Shown: positions 60,915 to 64,000 of the stretch, piece after piece
Numbering within the stretch: position 1 is the first letter of the stretch
Layout: every line of letters starts with the position of its first letter
Assembly: GCA_017539865.1 (NCBI GenBank)
Contig: JAFYCE010000078.1
Location: 27,419 to 91,418 of the forward strand
Length of the DNA: 64,000 bases
Reading direction: 5' to 3'
From: Alphaproteobacteria bacterium
GTDB taxonomy: Bacteria > Pseudomonadota > Alphaproteobacteria > CAAGCB01 > CAG-977
Program-made: the position numbers and the translations under genes
The notes under the pieces: model-generated
What the model saw: only the letters and a program-made list of their open reading frames with translations
Told to the model about the DNA's origin: nothing
Databases searched by the model: none

Positions 60915-60915
60915 A

Positions 60916-61494
60916 ATGAAAACTTTTTTGAATCAAATCAGCGTGAAAGACATCTGTGAAGGCTTTATGTATAACGAACTGGAAGGGAAAGGACTGTACG
61001 GATTAAACGGAAAACTGGTCATTCAGCCGGAATATCAACGCAATTACATATATGCGGACGGCAAAAAGGATGTCGCCGTCATCGAATCCCTGATAAAAGG
61101 CTATCCGCTCGGGCTGATCTATTTCAACAAAACGGGGGATGACGCTTTTGAAGTTCTGGACGGTCAGCAGAGAATCACCAGCATCGGACGCTTTGTTACA
61201 AATCGTTTTGCCGTTAAGGATTCAAACGGAATGGAGCAAATCTTTGACGGCTTGGACAAGGAAATACGGGAAAAAATTTTAAACACAAAATTGCTTGTTT
61301 ACGAATGCGAAGGAACGGAAGCCGAAATCAAAGAATGGTTCAAAACGATCAATATCGCGGGGATTCCTTTGAACCGGCAGGAATTGATGAACGCGATCTA
61401 TTCGGGACCTTTCGTAACGGCGGCGCGACGGATATTTCCAACTGCGAAATGCTTTGCAAATCGCATAACCGCGCCAAAGGAAACCGTTGAATAA
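60916..61494 (+). CDS. DUF262/ParB-like (DGQQR motif) protein, possibly truncated or frameshifted
   Basis: FEVLDGQQRITSIGRF is the hallmark of the DUF262 N-terminal domain of GmrSD-type nucleases. Only 192 aa. A cryptic HNH-like motif is encoded in another frame at its 3' end. Starts 2 nt after the methyltransferase stop. Confidence 0.6.
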   Translation: MKTFLNQISVKDICEGFMYNELEGKGLYGLNGKLVIQPEYQRNYIYADGKKDVAVIESLIKGYPLGLIYFNKTGDDAFEVLDGQQRITSIGRFVTNRFAVKDSNGMEQIFDGLDKEIREKILNTKLLVYECEGTEAEIKEWFKTINIAGIPLNRQELMNAIYSGPFVTAARRIFPTAKCFANRITAPKETVE

Positions 61495-61545
61495 AAAAAG
61501 CCGGAAAACTTCTCCGGCTTTTTGCTTTATAACCTGTTGATCCAA
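61493..61545 (+). repeat. Direct repeat, right copy (authentic 3' end of the flavodoxin gene plus its terminator)
   Basis: See the left copy; on the minus strand it encodes ...DWINRL*. Confidence 0.8.
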
Positions 61546-62138
61546 TCGGCGATTTTGGCTTCAACCTGCTTATCGTATTTTTTATCCATGTTGTTAAAAT
61601 CCGCGTGTTGCAGGATTTTTGCATTTTTTGCGGTCGCGGCGAAATCTTCGAAGAATGTGCCGACATTGCTTCCCTGCGTTGAAAAAGGAACCACTTTTTT
61701 TCCTTTAAAATCAAGCTGTTCCAGAACAGAGAAAACCGGAGGGGCGACCGTGTACCACCAAACGGGCGCGCCGACGAAGACGATATCGTAAGCAGTAACG
61801 TCCGGCAGGGCTTCTACAACCGGATACTGTTTGTTTTTGATTTCCTTTTTCGATGTCGTGTAGAGTTTCGCACCGGTAGGATAAGCTTCTTTTGTTTTGA
61901 TTTCAAACGTGTCCGCATTCGTTTTCGCGGCAATTTTTTCCGCAATGTCTTTCGTGTGTCCCGTCAGCGAATAATATACGACCAGAACTTTGCCGAGGTC
62001 GTTCTTGACTTCGGCGGATTTGTTTTCGTATTGCGCCATTTCCTTTTTGTTTTTTGCCGAAACGCGGTAAAGACGGAACAAACCGCCTATGCCGCCGATG
62101 ACGACGGCCGCAATGATGATGCCTAAAACGTATTTCAT
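61527..62138 (-). CDS. Flavodoxin-family protein with an N-terminal membrane anchor
   Basis: VLVVYYSLTGHTKDIAEKIA is a flavodoxin FMN-binding loop; 203 aa. Confidence 0.7.
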   Translation of the reverse strand: MKYVLGIIIAAVVIGGIGGLFRLYRVSAKNKKEMAQYENKSAEVKNDLGKVLVVYYSLTGHTKDIAEKIAAKTNADTFEIKTKEAYPTGAKLYTTSKKEIKNKQYPVVEALPDVTAYDIVFVGAPVWWYTVAPPVFSVLEQLDFKGKKVVPFSTQGSNVGTFFEDFAATAKNAKILQHADFNNMDKKYDKQVEAKIADWINRL

Positions 62139-62750
62139 TTATAAAGCTCCCTTTGTGCTGGGGGTGATGTTCGCCGCTCTCGGGTCGGTTTCGGACGCGT
62201 GTCTGAACGCGCGGGCGAACGCTTTAAAGCACGATTCCGCGATATGGTGCGAATTGTCGCCGTACAGGTTTTCAATATGGATCGCCGCTTTCAGGTTGTC
62301 GGCGACGGCGGCGAAAAATTCTTTGAAAACTTCGGTGTCCAATTCTCCTACTTTCTCCGTCGGAAATTTGACGTGCCAGACAAACGCCGTCCGGCCGCTT
62401 AAATCAATGACACAGCGGGTCAGCGTTTCATCCATCGGAATGCACGCCGAACCGTATCTGTTCAGTCCTTTTTTGTCGCCCAGAGCCTGTGCTAAGGTTT
62501 TGCCCAGCACGATGCCTGTGTCTTCGACCAGATGATGCGCGTCAACGTGCAGGTCTCCGGTCGCTTTGACGGTCAGATCCACAAGGCTGTGGCGTGAAAA
62601 CTGCTCCAGCATGTGATCGAAAAAGCCGCATCCGGTATGGATGTCATATTTTCCGTCTCCGTCCAAATTCAAAGAAACGGAAATCTGCGTTTCCGTGGTC
62701 TTTCGTTCTAATTGAGCTTGCCGCATTGCTTTTTTTCTTCCTTTTCGCAA
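62139..62750 (-). CDS. hisB: Imidazoleglycerol-phosphate dehydratase
   Basis: IGPD motifs (RKTTETQISVSLNLDG; DAHHLVEDTGIVLG; DNSHHIAES). Confidence 0.9.
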   Translation of the reverse strand: MRKGRKKAMRQAQLERKTTETQISVSLNLDGDGKYDIHTGCGFFDHMLEQFSRHSLVDLTVKATGDLHVDAHHLVEDTGIVLGKTLAQALGDKKGLNRYGSACIPMDETLTRCVIDLSGRTAFVWHVKFPTEKVGELDTEVFKEFFAAVADNLKAAIHIENLYGDNSHHIAESCFKAFARAFRHASETDPRAANITPSTKGAL

Positions 62751-62796
62751 TAATCTGTTTTAAATCACTTTAACGCAGATTGACTGAGGAGGCAAC

Positions 62797-63339
62797 ATGG
62801 ACAATCAAACGCCGTCTTTAAGAGGAACGACAATCCTGTGCGTTCGCAAAAATGATTCCGTCGTCATCGCCGGCGACGGACAGGTGACTTTCGGCAACAC
62901 GGTTTTGAAAAGCAACGCGCGCAAAGTGCGGCGGTTGGGCAACGGTTCGATCATCGCCGGATTTGCCGGAGCGACCGCGGACGCTTTCACACTGTTTGAA
63001 CGGTTGGAGGAAAAAATCGAAAAGTTCTCCGGTCAGCTGACCCGCGCTTGTGTGGAATTGGCTAAGGATTGGCGCACCGACCGCTATTTGAGAAAGCTGG
63101 AAGCGATGATGATCGTGGCGGACAAGGAAACAACGCTTGTCCTGACCGGAAACGGCGACGTTCTGGAACCGCAGCACGGTCTGATCGGTATAGGGTCGGG
63201 CGGCTCTTACGCGCAGGCGGCGGCTTTGGCATTGATCGACACGGAATTGTCCGCCGAAGACATCGTTAAAAAGGCGATGGATATCGCCGCCGATATTTGC
63301 ATTTACACCAATCACAACATCGTTATGGAAAAGCTATGA
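62797..63339 (+). CDS. hslV: ATP-dependent protease subunit HslV
   Basis: N-terminal Thr after Met processing (TTILCVRK...), proteasome beta-like; 180 aa. Confidence 0.93.
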   Translation: MDNQTPSLRGTTILCVRKNDSVVIAGDGQVTFGNTVLKSNARKVRRLGNGSIIAGFAGATADAFTLFERLEEKIEKFSGQLTRACVELAKDWRTDRYLRKLEAMMIVADKETTLVLTGNGDVLEPQHGLIGIGSGGSYAQAAALALIDTELSAEDIVKKAMDIAADICIYTNHNIVMEKL

Positions 63340-64000
63340 GTACGTTTTTTTCTCCGCGTGAAATCGTTTCCGAACTGGACAGGCATATCGTCGGGCAAAC
63401 CGAAGCCAAACGCGCCGTTGCGGTCGCTCTGCGCAACCGTTGGCGCAGACAGCAGCTTTCTCCCGCTTTAAAAGAGGAAGTCGTTCCCAAAAACATTCTG
63501 ATGATCGGTCCCACCGGTGTCGGAAAGACGGAAATCGCCCGCCGTCTGGCTAAGCTGGCGCAGGCTCCCTTTATCAAAACGGAAGCGACGAAGTTTACGG
63601 AAATCGGCTATGTGGGCCGCGATGTGGAAAGCATCATTCGAGACTTGTTGGAAATCTCGATTACGATGACGCGCAAGAAAATGCGTAAAAGCGTCCATGT
63701 CAAAGCCGAAGAAGCGGCCGAAAAACGTGTCCTTGACGCTCTGGTCGGATTGAACGCAACTGAGGAAACACGGCAAAAGTTCCGTAAAATGCTCCGTGAA
63801 GGCTCTTTGGACGACAGGGAAATCGAAATCGAAGTGCAGGAAGCGCCGAACAACTCCATGCCGACGTTTGATATTCCGGGGATGCCGGGGGCGCAAATGG
63901 GCATGATCAGCTTGGGCGATCTGCTGGGCGGCAAAGGAACTTCTTTCCGTAAAAAGAAAATGACCGTCAAGGATTCCTATGACGTTTTGGTGACGGAAGA
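63336..64000 (+). CDS. hslU: ATP-dependent protease ATPase subunit HslU (5' partial, runs off the window end)
   Basis: [15 protein letters not shown]..., Walker [16 protein letters not shown]; start overlaps the hslV stop (ATGA). Confidence 0.93.
   Translation, partial: MSTFFSPREIVSELDRHIVGQTEAKRAVAVALRNRWRRQQLSPALKEEVVPKNILMIGPTGVGKTEIARRLAKLAQAPFIKTEATKFTEIGYVGRDVESIIRDLLEISITMTRKKMRKSVHVKAEEAAEKRVLDALVGLNATEETRQKFRKMLREGSLDDREIEIEVQEAPNNSMPTFDIPGMPGAQMGMISLGDLLGGKGTSFRKKKMTVKDSYDVLVTE

Noticed and set aside
60916-61494. Considered calling the DGQQR protein a complete GmrSD-type type IV restriction enzyme
   Set aside because: It is far too short (192 aa) and has no in-frame DUF1524 or HNH domain. 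It is reported instead as DUF262-only with a cryptic alternate-frame HNH motif.
61522-61791. Plus-strand 89 aa ORF at the island's right junction
   Set aside because: It is antisense to the flavodoxin gene 3' end and terminator, with no support.
1-64000. Searched by eye for CRISPR arrays, tRNA/rRNA genes, IS elements, transposases and integrases
   Set aside because: I found no regularly spaced direct repeats, no tRNA-like cloverleaf sequence, no rRNA and no transposase or integrase ORF. The only repeats found are those reported above: the 53 bp direct repeats, the leader elements and the palindromes.

Overview
This window looks like a chromosomal segment from an alphaproteobacterium-like genome. 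The evidence is the conserved neighbourhoods: mlaE-mlaF-mlaD, dnaK-dnaJ, Tim44-like/mltA/smr, mnmE-mnmG, maf-aroE-coaE-dnaQ, rpsF-rpsR-rplI, and secB, rho and hslVU. The bulk is housekeeping genes: chaperones (DnaK, DnaJ, HtpG, SecB, Hsp15), replication (DnaB, DnaQ), tRNA modification (MnmE, MnmG), the Mla lipid transporter, partial histidine biosynthesis (hisA, hisE, hisB), DapB, Rho, HslV and a 5' fragment of HslU. I found no rRNA, tRNA, CRISPR array or transposase. Several stretches are AT-rich by eye and read as accessory: about 16.0-17.6 kb (an MNT/HEPN toxin-antitoxin pair plus a chloramphenicol-acetyltransferase-family gene), about 29.2-31.1 kb (small membrane-protein genes), and about 55.3-61.5 kb. 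The last is the most interesting region. A roughly 4.4 kb segment carrying LuxR-type and LysR-like regulators, an adenine-specific DNA methyltransferase and a DGQQR (DUF262/ParB-like) protein sits between imperfect roughly 53 bp direct repeats. The right repeat is the 3' end and terminator of a flavodoxin gene, which is the signature of site-specific integration, yet no integrase is present. An HNH-like motif (NCEMLCKSHNRAKGN) is encoded in an alternate frame at the 3' end of the DUF262 gene. Two unrelated genes (an acyltransferase-3 and the methyltransferase) are preceded by a shared, apparently structured leader of about 230-350 nt that begins with a terminator hairpin and a 16 bp palindrome, TGTTTCATATGAAACA, which occurs three times. 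Two further candidate novel units are a four-gene operon of three recently duplicated paralogs of an unknown basic protein plus an acidic partner (22.98-26.15 kb), and a tandem pair of paralogous membrane-anchored proteins that share a copied promoter block (6.87-8.82 kb). Other notable items are a flavin-reductase/double-rubredoxin fusion, a STAS antagonist next to a fused sensor-PP2C-phosphatase/HATPase kinase, a GGDEF protein with a long acidic, KVP-repeat tail, and a secreted protein whose trypsin-like C-terminal domain appears to lack the catalytic Ser and His. Everything here comes from reading the sequence and the supplied ORF track. No database search was run.
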